Below are positions 5,964-14,396 of a stretch of 25,845 nucleotides of DNA, piece after piece. The stretch is from positions 1-25,845 of IMG/VR virus record IMGVR_UViG_3300046167_000116. One strand, 5' to 3'. Position 1 is the first letter of the stretch; every line of letters starts with the position of its first letter. The notes under the pieces are model-generated. The model was not told the DNA's origin and searched no databases. It was given only the letters and a program-made list of their open reading frames with translations. This stretch comes from a virus (Duplodnaviria > Caudoviricetes). A program made the translations under genes and the position numbers.

Positions 5964-5975
5964 CCAACATCTGTT

Positions 5976-6012
5976 TTGTGCGTTGACACAGGGTATAATT
6001 GATGTGCTAAAC
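5976..6012 (+). promoter_or_regulatory. Rightward late promoter, TTGTGCGTTG-N18-GTGC motif (copy 1)
   Basis: TTGTGCGTTG 5976-5985 overlaps TTGACA (5983-5988); GTGCTAAAC starts at 6004; upstream of terS; the motif recurs before other structural operons. Confidence 0.65.
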
Positions 6013-6054
6013 ATGGGGGGAGAGAGGGAGAGGGGGGCTACAGTAGGAGTTAGT

Positions 6055-6432
6055 ATGGCAAACATAGCACTAAGGAAGTTAACAAAGAAACAGACTGCAC
6101 TCGTTGAAGCGTATGTAGCAAATGGTGGGAATCTTACACAAGCCTCACAAGAAGCTGGATACGCTGAAGGCGACAGCGGAAGAGTGACTGCACAGAAGAG
6201 TATGAAGCTAGCCCATGTGCAACAGTACATGATGGAAGTGGTGGCGAAGGAGTTTAGCAGACATGCTCCTGCGGCTGTGCATCAGTTGGCAGGGCTATCT
6301 AGGAAGGCTAAGAGTGAGTACGTACAGCTGGAAGCTAGCAAGGATTTACTCGATAGAGCAGGGTTTAAGCCGATAGATAGATCTCAGGTGCAATTAGCAG
6401 GGGACATCAAGGTGTCAATAGACTTAGGATAA
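6055..6432 (+). CDS. terS: Terminase small subunit
   Basis: LTKKQTALVEAYVANGGNLTQASQEAGY HTH and SEYVQLEASKDLLDRAG motif; ATG 6055 has an AGGAG RBS. Confidence 0.88.
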   Translation: MANIALRKLTKKQTALVEAYVANGGNLTQASQEAGYAEGDSGRVTAQKSMKLAHVQQYMMEVVAKEFSRHAPAAVHQLAGLSRKAKSEYVQLEASKDLLDRAGFKPIDRSQVQLAGDIKVSIDLG

Positions 6433-6552
6433 GGGGGTGGGGGGTCAAAACTCTCGGGCACTATGTTATGTTACGTCCCTCACTCACATGATTACTAAAA
6501 AAAGGCTCGAACAAAAGAGCTAAAAATATTTGGATTAAAAAGGGTTTTGTAA

Positions 6553-6660
6553 ATGAGTAGATTTGGTGATAAGGTTCCAGAGACGTTTGATAACAGTAGT
6601 GATAACTCTACAGCTAAGAAGGCGTTGAAGAGTAGTGGATATACAAAGGAGACTGAGTAA
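6553..6660 (+). CDS. 35-aa hypothetical protein (not in ORF track)
   Basis: MSRFGDKVPETFDNSSDNSTAKKALKSSGYTKETE; TAATG overlap with the next gene. Confidence 0.5.
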   Translation: MSRFGDKVPETFDNSSDNSTAKKALKSSGYTKETE

Positions 6661-6884
6661 TGTGTTTTGGTGGTGGAGGTGGATCGGTGTCTGCAAAGAC
6701 TGAAGAAATCTACCAAAAAGAAAAGAAAGACTATGGTGACTTACCTTCCCTAGCAGTGGGTGATAAGGTAGAGCGCACAGAGGATGGTATGGCAGACTTG
6801 CCTGATCCTAAGAAAAAGAAAAAGGACGTTAACAAATCGGTTGCTAATGCAGCTAGATCATTGTTAATGCCGTATGCAAAATGA
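6660..6884 (+). CDS. Small protein with MCFGGG N-terminus, possible virion/ejection protein
   Basis: AAGGAG RBS; the MCF N-terminus recalls T7 gp6.7-type proteins; C-terminal RSLL motif. Confidence 0.7.
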   Translation: MCFGGGGGSVSAKTEEIYQKEKKDYGDLPSLAVGDKVERTEDGMADLPDPKKKKKDVNKSVANAARSLLMPYAK

Positions 6885-7177
6885 GTAAGACTCCAGCATG
6901 GACACGTAAAGCAGGGAAGAATCCCAAAGGCGGTCTTAATGCTAAAGGGCGTGCTAGTTATAAAGGTGGTACTCTTAAAGCCCCTGTTAGGTCTGGCGAT
7001 AACCCAAGAAGAGCTTCTTTCTTAGCACGAATGGGTGGTATGAAGGGGCCAGAGCGTGACTCTAAGGGTAAACCCACTAGACTTCTTCTTAGCCTAAAGG
7101 CATGGGGAGCATCGTCAAAAGCTGACGCTAAGTCAAAAGCAGCAGCCATTAGTAAAAGGAATAAAAAGAATGCCTAG
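6881..7177 (+). CDS. Basic phage protein, DUF6321-like
   Basis: AWTRKAGKNPKGGLNAKGRASY...LKAPV...RRASFLARM...KPTRLLLSLKAWG signature. Confidence 0.8.
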   Translation: MSKTPAWTRKAGKNPKGGLNAKGRASYKGGTLKAPVRSGDNPRRASFLARMGGMKGPERDSKGKPTRLLLSLKAWGASSKADAKSKAAAISKRNKKNA

Positions 7178-7487
7178 CAAAATTGAAAATAAAAAAATGA
7201 CAGGACAAGCCCCTGCAGCAAAAACATTATTAAGACAAATACAAAGCGAGTTAAAGAAAACAGTTGGCTATGATGGGCAATCAAAGTTTGAAAGCGACTT
7301 TACCACAATAAAAGGTAAGCGTGTTGAAAAGCTAATGTCTCCAAGAAAAGTTGCTAGTGCTATATCCGCAGGATTTGATGCAGCTAAAAGAAAAGTGAAA
7401 GGTCAAGAAAGTCGTTCTTCTTTGCTAAACAGAGAGAAAAAAGTAAAACGTCTTCTTAAAGACTACAGAGCAGGGAAGCCCCAGTAA
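7170..7487 (+). CDS. Basic hypothetical protein
   Basis: 105-aa Lys/Arg-rich ORF, AAGGA RBS, tiled with neighbours. Confidence 0.7.
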   Translation: MPSKIENKKMTGQAPAAKTLLRQIQSELKKTVGYDGQSKFESDFTTIKGKRVEKLMSPRKVASAISAGFDAAKRKVKGQESRSSLLNREKKVKRLLKDYRAGKPQ

Positions 7488-7636
7488 TGGCTGAAGGATT
7501 ATATGCAAACATAAATAAGCGTAAGAAAAAAGGGATTAGTAGATCTAAGAAAGACTCTACCATTAGCGACAAGGCTTACAAAAATATGAAAGCTGGCTTC
7601 CCTAAAAAGAAAACTTTATTGAAAAAGGATAAATAA
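7487..7636 (+). CDS. 49-aa basic protein (GLYANIN.RKK type; not in ORF track)
   Basis: MAEGLYANINKRKKKGISRSKKDSTISDKAYKNMKAGFPKKKTLLKKDK; TAATG overlaps at both ends. Confidence 0.75.
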   Translation: MAEGLYANINKRKKKGISRSKKDSTISDKAYKNMKAGFPKKKTLLKKDK

Positions 7637-7815
7637 TGGCTTGGACATTTAAAAATGGTGACCCATATGTGGGTGACACACACGAATTAGCTGGTATGAC
7701 CTACTCTGGAAAGACGCGTACTCGCGATTCTAAGCCTCTGATAGAGGTAAAAGAGGCAGCAAAGCCTAAGAAAGAACGAAAAACTAGAGCGACACCCTTT
7801 AAAAAGGAAAAGTAA
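7636..7815 (+). CDS. 59-aa hypothetical protein (not in ORF track)
   Basis: MAWTFKNGDPYVGDTHELAGMTYSGKTRTRDSKPL...; AAGGA RBS. Confidence 0.7.
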   Translation: MAWTFKNGDPYVGDTHELAGMTYSGKTRTRDSKPLIEVKEAAKPKKERKTRATPFKKEK

Positions 7816-7818
7816 CCT

Positions 7819-8014
7819 GTGAGTTTTCTAAATACATTGCAGCCTAAAGAGCGCGATACACTAGCGTAGGGTGGTGCGCATAGTACATATGAAGCATCAT
7901 CCTAAAGATTTTCAGACAGATCACGAAGCTGACAAGATTATTGAGGCTATTGGCCCCGAAATTGCAGCAAGAATGATTAAAGTTGGCATAGATAATAAGA
8001 TTTTAGATAAGTGA
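7819..8014 (+). CDS. 64-aa hypothetical protein upstream of terL (one-base insertion near 7864)
   Basis: Removing one base near 7864 gives MSFLNTLQPKERDTLRRVVRIVHMKHHPKDFQTDHEADKIIEAIGPEIAARMIKVGIDNKILDK, ending in a GTGA overlap with terL. Confidence 0.6.
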
Positions 8015-9536
8015 TAGATTTTAAATACAGGCCAGATGGCGAAGTTGTTAAGGCGTTTATGAAAGACGACACGTTCTTTCGTGGCATTCGTGGGCCTGTT
8101 GGTTCTGGTAAGTCAGTGTCTTGTTGCGTAGAAATTTTTAGACGCGCACTAGCGCAGAAGCCTAATAAGCAGGGCATACGCCGCAGCAGATGGGCAATAA
8201 TCCGTAACACAAACCCACAGTTAAAGACTACAACCATAAAAACTTGGCTTGATTGGTTTCCAGAAGACCAGTGGGGTAAGTTTACTTGGTCAGTTCCCTA
8301 TACACATATGATAAAAAAAGGCGATCTGGAGCTTGAAGTCCTCTTCTTAGCACTTGATAGGCCAGAAGATGTCAAGAAATTGCTATCTTTAGAGCTGACA
8401 GGCATATGGGTTAACGAAGCTAGAGAGATTCCTAAGTCAATTATTGATGCATGTACCATGCGTGTAGGTCGTTTTCCCTTCTATGCGTGATGGCGGTGCT
8501 ACTTGGACAGGCGTTATCTGTGATACTAACGCTCCAGAGGAAGATCATTGGTGGCCTATCATGTCTGGCGAAGTGCCAGTTCCTGATCATATCCCTAGAG
8601 AACAGGCTAAAATGCTGGTGAAACCCGACAACTGGTCGTTTTATACCCAACCTAGCGGTATGATAGAAAAGTTTGACGAAGATGGGGAGATAGATGACTA
8701 TGTGCCTAACGATGTTGCAGAGAATAGGGAGTATATGCGCGAGGATTACTACCCAAATCTGATACGTGGTAAGACAAAAAGCTGGATTGACGTATACGTT
8801 ATGAACAAATTAGGCTCAATCCAAGAGGGTAAACCTATCTATCAGATGTTTGCAGCCGATATGCACGTAGCAAAAGAGGAAATACCTATCGCTGCTGGCT
8901 CTCCCCTATACATTGGTATAGATTTTGGGCTTACACCTGCTGCTACAATGGGGCAAAAGGTACGTGGTAGGTGGCTAATACAGCAAGAAATCGTTGCATT
9001 TGACATGGGTATCGTTAGATTTGCAGAGGTTTTGCGCCAAGAGATAGCTACTAGGTTCTCAACTTGTTCGGAGGTATTTATATATGGCGACCCTGCTGGT
9101 GATTTCCGCGCTCAGACTGATGAATCAACGCCCTTTCACATACTGCGTGGTGCTGGTTTGCGTGCTTTCCCTGCTCCGTCTAATTCTGTTGACCTAAGAT
9201 TAGAGAGTGTTGCGTCCCAATTACAGAAAATGACAGAGGGAAAGCCAGCATTTCTTATAGATCCGCGCTGTCAGCAGCTAATAAAAGGCTTTGAAGGTGG
9301 GTATCAGTACAGACGTATGGAGGTTTCTGGTGAAAGATACGCAGATAAGCCTGATAAAAATATGTTTTCGCACGTACACGATGCGCATACAGTACCAAAT
9401 GTTAGGTGCTGGAGAGGGCAGAGCCTTAATAAACAACCAGAAACCAGCCTCTGCAACAGTAGCAAAGGGCAGTTTTAATGTATTTGATAACCGAAAGAAG
9501 CCACAGCGTAGACAAGGATTGTGGTCAAGACTCTAA
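8011..9536 (+). CDS. terL: Terminase large subunit (about 507 aa; apparent +1 insertions near 8477 and 9387)
   Basis: Walker A GPVGSGKS, Walker B WVNEARE, DTN coupling motif, nuclease GIDFGLTPA and SHVHDA. Three track ORFs join into one frame after removing two bases. Confidence 0.93.
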
Positions 9537-9537
9537 A

Positions 9538-9568
9538 TTGTGCATTGAAAACTTATTCTTTTCTGTGC
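9538..9568 (+). promoter_or_regulatory. Late promoter motif (copy 2)
   Basis: TTGTGCATTG-N17-GTGC in the intergenic gap before the portal operon. Confidence 0.55.
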
Positions 9569-9599
9569 CAACCAATGTAAAACAACCAAGGAGAATAAT

Positions 9600-9849
9600 A
9601 TGTGTGGTGGCGGTAGCAGAAGAAGCCAAGCTGATATAGATCGTGAAGGCGAAAGGAAGCAGCGGATGCTCGTATAGCAGCAGAAGATGCGAAAGCGTAA
9701 AGAGATTGAAGCGAAAGCAGAACAAGAAACGTGAAGATATTGGTGAAGCAGTAGAGTCACGCGCTGAAAGCAAAGCTATGCGTGGCGGTAAAGGTCGTCG
9801 TTCTCTATTTAGAGCTGGTGGCGGTGGATTCTTAGATCGGTTTAGTTAA
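9600..9849 (+). CDS. Small virion protein upstream of portal, T7 gp7.3-like position (frameshifted in this read)
   Basis: AAGGAG RBS, starts MCGGGSRRSQADIDRE and ends RGGKGRRSLFRAGGGGFLDRFS; apparent insertions in 9648-9730. Confidence 0.6.
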
Positions 9850-11395
9850 TGGAAAAAGTTGCCAAGCAGTACATACAGAAGTATGAGAAAGCCAAGTCCT
9901 TTCGCGAGAACTGGGTTCCGTTGTTCGAGGAGTGCTATGAGTATGCACTGCCTCAACGTGAGAGCTTTTTACGCTGAAACTGCTGGGCAAAGACGCGATG
10001 ACCGCATATTTGACGAGACTGCGGTGGTTGGCGTTCAAGAGTTTGCTAGTCGCCTCCAGTCTGGGCTTGTACCTAATTTTGCTAGGTGGGCTGATCTCAT
10101 GGCTGGTAGTGAAGGTTCCTCCAAATCAGCGCGAATCTGTTGATAACGAGCTTGACGAGGTAACAGAATACGTCTTTGAGATACTACAAAACTCTAACTT
10201 TAGCCAAGAAGTACACGAATCCTTCATGGATTTAGCTGTTGGTACTGGTGTTTTGTGCGTAGAAGAGGGCGATGCACTCAATCCTGTTAACTTTTCTGCC
10301 ATACCATTGCCTCATGTGGTGCTAGATACTGGCCCAGATGATAGAATTGACCATGTTTTCCGTGAGCGTAAGGGTGTAAAGTACGATCACTTAGAAATAA
10401 TGTACCCAAATGGCACGTTTGACCCAAAGGTTATGAATTATATGGGGTCAGATAAGACAACAACTGTACTAGAAGTTATATGTCGTGACTATTCAGCTAA
10501 GAATCAAGAGGCTTATCTAAGCTATGCGTTCTGTATGACTACAAATACTGTGTTAAACTACAAACAAATGGAAGGGTAACGGCTCAAATCCGTTTATTTG
10601 CTTCCGTTGGTCTAAGTGTGCAGGTGAAGTTTATGGTCGTGGCCCATTAATTAACGCATTATCTGCTATAAAAACTACAAATCTTACCATTGAAATGATA
10701 CTTGAGAATGCACAGATGGCTATCTCTGGCTGTATACCAAATGGAAGATGATGGCGTAATAAACCCAGATACAATACAGTTAGTCCCAGGATCTATCATA
10801 CCAAAAGCTATGGGTTCTAGCGGATTGCAGCCTATAACGTGCAGCAGGTAGCTTTGATGTAGCCCAGTTAGTGCTAGGTGATATGCGTCAAAACATTAAA
10901 CGTGCGCTATATAACGATATGTTAGGCAATCCAGACAAGACACCAGCGTCAGCAACAGAAGTAGCAGAGCGCATGGCAGACCTTTCTAGGCGTATGGGTG
11001 CTGCTTTTGGTAGGTTACAAGCTGAATTAGTGCAACCAGTGCTACAGCGCGTTATTTACATCCTTAAAAAGCAAGGACGCATAGATGTACCTACTGTAAA
11101 TGGGCGTGAAGTTAAGATACGTTCTGTATCTCCACTAGCTCAAGCACAATCTAACCAAGATATATCTAGTGTTGGTAGGTTCTTAGAGATGGTTGCTGGT
11201 ACATTTGGGCCAGAGATGTTGCAGCTACTAATTGATGGTGAGCAAACAGCTATACATCTAGCTAAAAAGTTTGGCGTACCTGAAAGCTTGATTCGAGATG
11301 AAGAACAGCGTAAACAAATAGCTGCATTAGCGCAACAAATGGCGCAACAACAAGCGCAACAACAACAGGGTGAGATGGTTGAACAACAAGGTTAA
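9849..11395 (+). CDS. Portal (head-tail connector) protein, about 513 aa, five apparent +1 insertions
   Basis: EECYEYALPQR, IFDETA, SNFSQEVHE..DLAVGTG, RWSK.AGEVYGRGP, ATEVAER, GRLQAE, SPLAQAQ motifs of the T7 gp8-like connector. Breaks near 9970, 10113, 10573, 10731 and 10837. Confidence 0.92.
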
Positions 11396-11640
11396 TATCG
11401 GAGTTGATGGTTATCAAAGAGCTACGAGTCAAGATCTAGCAGATAAGCCAGAATATTGCTGAAATATTTAGTACCCCTGCTGGTGAGGCTGTCTTAAAGT
11501 ATTTGCGCTCCATTACTATTGAAATGGTACATGGGCCTAATGTGACTACAGAAGAACTACGCCACCATGAGGGTCAGCGTTATATCGTTGGCCTACTAGA
11601 GAGGCGTATATCACATGCACATAGGAGTAAAAACAAATGA
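11379..11640 (+). CDS. Bbp19-like small protein between portal and scaffold (one insertion near 11439)
   Basis: IFSTPAGEAVLKYL...EGQRYIV motif; TTG start; ATGA overlap with the scaffold gene. Confidence 0.72.
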
Positions 11641-12368
11641 ATGACATCCCAACAGAGTCAGAACAGTCAACACATGGGGAAGCTGCGGAGCGTGACTTTG
11701 TAGTTGCAGAAGATGCAGCCCCTGCTAGGCCAGAATGGTTGCCAGAAAAGTACAATAGTGGCGAAGATTTAGCCAAGGCATACAAGGAACTTGAGTCTAA
11801 GCTAGGCACAAAGGAAGAAGACCTGCGTGCTAAGTTTAAAGAAGAGTATGATTCTACAAGAAACGCTAATCGACCAGCGTCTGCTGGAGAGTATGCACTA
11901 CCAGACTTTGTTGATGATGAAGAAGCTGTAGATAATGAGCTACTTAAATGGTGGGCTGAAGAATCTTTTGATAGTGGATTTGGTCAAGATAAATTTGAAA
12001 AAGGTATTGAGATGTATCTTCAAGCTATGGATCAGTCTGCTCCTGATCTTGACGCTGAAGCTGCAAAACTGGGGGAAAACTCTGATCAGCGAATAGAAGC
12101 GGCATCTATGTTTGCTACTAAGTTTTTCCCCAAAGAATCTATGCCAGCTATTGAGCGTATGTTTGAAACGCATGAAGGCATTATAGCTATGGAGGCTATA
12201 CAAGAAGCCATGAAAGATGGTTCTTTCACTGGAGATGCAACACCTGCAGCTGGTTTAAGTGAAGACAGTCTAAAGGAAATGATGCAAGATCCAAGGTATT
12301 GGAGCAAGAATGACCCTGCATTTGTTCGGCAAGTAGAGGCTGGCTTTAAGAAACTTTATGGAAGCTAA
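11637..12368 (+). CDS. Capsid scaffolding/assembly protein
   Basis: Acidic; RPEWLPEKY...LAKAYKELESKLG and MMQDPRYW..DPAFVRQV motifs as in T7 gp9-like scaffolds; synteny. Confidence 0.85.
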   Translation: MNDIPTESEQSTHGEAAERDFVVAEDAAPARPEWLPEKYNSGEDLAKAYKELESKLGTKEEDLRAKFKEEYDSTRNANRPASAGEYALPDFVDDEEAVDNELLKWWAEESFDSGFGQDKFEKGIEMYLQAMDQSAPDLDAEAAKLGENSDQRIEAASMFATKFFPKESMPAIERMFETHEGIIAMEAIQEAMKDGSFTGDATPAAGLSEDSLKEMMQDPRYWSKNDPAFVRQVEAGFKKLYGS

Positions 12369-12879
12369 GATAATAAAGCGTGGTAATTTTTACCTAACAC
12401 CCTTTACTAAAGATCATGTTGAGGAAGTTATTGCTAACTTAGCACCAGAAAATGTCAGGGAGATAAATCTCCTTGGCTATCAAAACGTCAGAGAATGCAT
12501 TGAAGAGATGATGAAATACTCTGATTGCTACTTAGTACGCAAAGAAGGTGAAGTATTTACTGCTGTATCTGGCCTTTGGTACGAAGATGGTAGAGAAACA
12601 CCGCAGTTTTTTGCAATGTTTTCTAAGAATATTAAGAAAAACTTTACATCTATAGCGCGTGGATCACGTATGTTAGTGACATTTTTTGATAGAACACAGG
12701 ACGAAATGTGTATGCGTATATTGAGTGATCACCAGTTTATGTTGGACTGGGCAGCATGGTTAGGCTTCGAAGCAATAGGTGTAACTCAGTTTAATTCTAA
12801 TCACTATGTTGATTTTGTGCGTTGCATTTCACCACAAAAAAGTGCTTATAGTGAAACATCACGGCCCGTGATGCACTGA
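12358..12879 (+). CDS. T7 gp13-like / acetyltransferase-fold protein
   Basis: L..ENVREI...G and WAAWLGF motifs resemble gp13-like (DUF2833) proteins. Confidence 0.6.
   Translation: MEAKIIKRGNFYLTPFTKDHVEEVIANLAPENVREINLLGYQNVRECIEEMMKYSDCYLVRKEGEVFTAVSGLWYEDGRETPQFFAMFSKNIKKNFTSIARGSRMLVTFFDRTQDEMCMRILSDHQFMLDWAAWLGFEAIGVTQFNSNHYVDFVRCISPQKSAYSETSRPVMH
12815..12852 (+). promoter_or_regulatory. Late promoter motif (copy 3) driving the major capsid gene
   Basis: TTGTGCGTTG-N17-GTGCTTATAGT, about 105 bp before the capsid ATG. Confidence 0.6.
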
Positions 12880-12957
12880 AAGGCCCATTTGGATACCCTT
12901 GTCGATGTGAAGGAACGGATACCCGAGTAACCGAAACTTTATATTTAGGAAGAAAAA

Positions 12958-13767
12958 ATGGCTAATACTATCGACCAAGCTTTTATTAAGCAGTTCGAAA
13001 CTGAAGTCCACATGGCGTATCAACGCATGGGTTCTAAGCTTCGCAACACAGTACGTTCAACAAATGTATCTGCATCAGTGGCAAGATTCCAGAAAATCGG
13101 AACAGGCACAGCGTCAACCAAAGCGCGTAACGGAGATGTTACAGCGATGGAACTAGCGCACACTAACGTAGAAGTCACAATGGCTGACTACTACGCAGCG
13201 GAATACATTGATAAGTTGGACGAATTAAAGATCAACATCAATGAGCGTCAAGTTGTAGCTCAATCTGCTGCTGCTGCATTAGGCCGCAAAACAGACGAGT
13301 TAATTACAGCAGCTATGGATGCTGGTGCAAACTCAACGCAAATCGCTGACACATCTGGCGCATTAGCAAAAGCTGACTTACTAACATTGTTTGAAACAAT
13401 GGGTACAGCTGACATTCCAGAAGACGGACAGCGTTATATTGCTATGTCTCCAGCTGGATACACTGACTTGTTTAACATCAACGAGTTCGCATCAAGTGAC
13501 TATGTTGGGCCACAAAGCCTACCATTTGCTGGTGGTATGACAATGAAAGAGTTCTTAGGATTTAAGATCTTCTCAACGTCTGCTGTAGCTGGTGGTAAAA
13601 ACTTTGCTTACCATACATCATCAGTTGGTATCGGTATTAACTCTGACGTACAGACAGAGCTTAACTATGTACCGCAAAAGGTTGCACACCTAGCAACATC
13701 AATGATGTCAATGGGTTCAGTAGTAATCGACAACAATGGCGTTTACGAAGTTCTTGACAACAACTAA
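12958..13767 (+). CDS. Major capsid protein
   Basis: MANTIDQAFIKQF..EVH.AYQ..GSKLR.TV, YIDKLD, AAALGRKTD, FLGF motifs; codon usage of a highly expressed gene; followed by a terminator. Confidence 0.92.
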   Translation: MANTIDQAFIKQFETEVHMAYQRMGSKLRNTVRSTNVSASVARFQKIGTGTASTKARNGDVTAMELAHTNVEVTMADYYAAEYIDKLDELKININERQVVAQSAAAALGRKTDELITAAMDAGANSTQIADTSGALAKADLLTLFETMGTADIPEDGQRYIAMSPAGYTDLFNINEFASSDYVGPQSLPFAGGMTMKEFLGFKIFSTSAVAGGKNFAYHTSSVGIGINSDVQTELNYVPQKVAHLATSMMSMGSVVIDNNGVYEVLDNN

Positions 13768-13773
13768 TATTTT

Positions 13774-13793
13774 AGGGGGCTTCGGCCCCCTTT
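13774..13793 (+). terminator. Intrinsic terminator after capsid gene
   Basis: AGGGGGC-TTCG-GCCCCCT-TT: C(UUCG)G hairpin with a short U tract, which suggests partial read-through. Confidence 0.8.
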
Positions 13794-13817
13794 AACTCCA
13801 ATATATAGGTTGAAGAA

Positions 13818-14396
13818 ATGCCAGCAAATACACCAATAAAAGTATGTTCACGCGCTTCCGTCCTGATGGGCGGTTCTCCTATTTCATCCTTTGATGAAGG
13901 TACAGCCGAGGCTGATGTAGTTGACGCAATGTACGAAGACATAGCAAGAGCAGCGTTAACAAGTACACGCTGGAGATTTGCAACTAACCAACAAGTATTA
14001 AACAGATTAGCTGCTGCGCCTACAAGTAGATATGATGCTGCATACCAAATGCCATCAGATCTCCTTATGCTTAGTGCAGTTACAGTTAACGATGATCCAA
14101 TTATATATGACACATATGGCGATAAGATATACTGCGATACGTCAACTAATGAAGTTGTTGTAGCAGATTACATATACCGCGCTACTGAGGCCACATGGCC
14201 TTCATATTTTACACTTGCTGTAGAGTTTCAAGTGGCTGCAATGCTGTCAATATCTATAGCTAGGGATGCTTCTTTAGGTAGTATGATGGATCAACAAGCT
14301 GAAAGACAGATGATAAAAGCTAGACGACTTGACTCGCAACAACAAACAACACGCAAGTTAATGACATCAAGGTTTATAGCACAAAGGCGTAGCTAA
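13818..14396 (+). CDS. Tail tubular protein A (adaptor, T7 gp11-like)
   Basis: VCSRASVLMG..PISSF, WRFAT, YQMPSDLL motifs; synteny. Confidence 0.85.
   Translation: MPANTPIKVCSRASVLMGGSPISSFDEGTAEADVVDAMYEDIARAALTSTRWRFATNQQVLNRLAAAPTSRYDAAYQMPSDLLMLSAVTVNDDPIIYDTYGDKIYCDTSTNEVVVADYIYRATEATWPSYFTLAVEFQVAAMLSISIARDASLGSMMDQQAERQMIKARRLDSQQQTTRKLMTSRFIAQRRS

Noticed and set aside
5788-6054. 89-aa N-terminal extension of terS in the ORF track
   Set aside because: TTG start without an RBS; it runs through the structured region and the late promoter; ATG 6055 has an AGGAG RBS and begins the recognisable domain.
10252-10262. Fifth late-promoter copy (TTTGTGCGTAG) inside the portal gene
   Set aside because: It lacks the terminal TTG and the downstream GTGC, and has no gene start nearby.
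7864-11439. Programmed frameshifting or stop-codon reassignment in terL and portal
   Set aside because: There are too many breaks with no shared slippery motif, read-through would not restore the frame, and TAA, TAG and TGA all terminate normal genes in this window.
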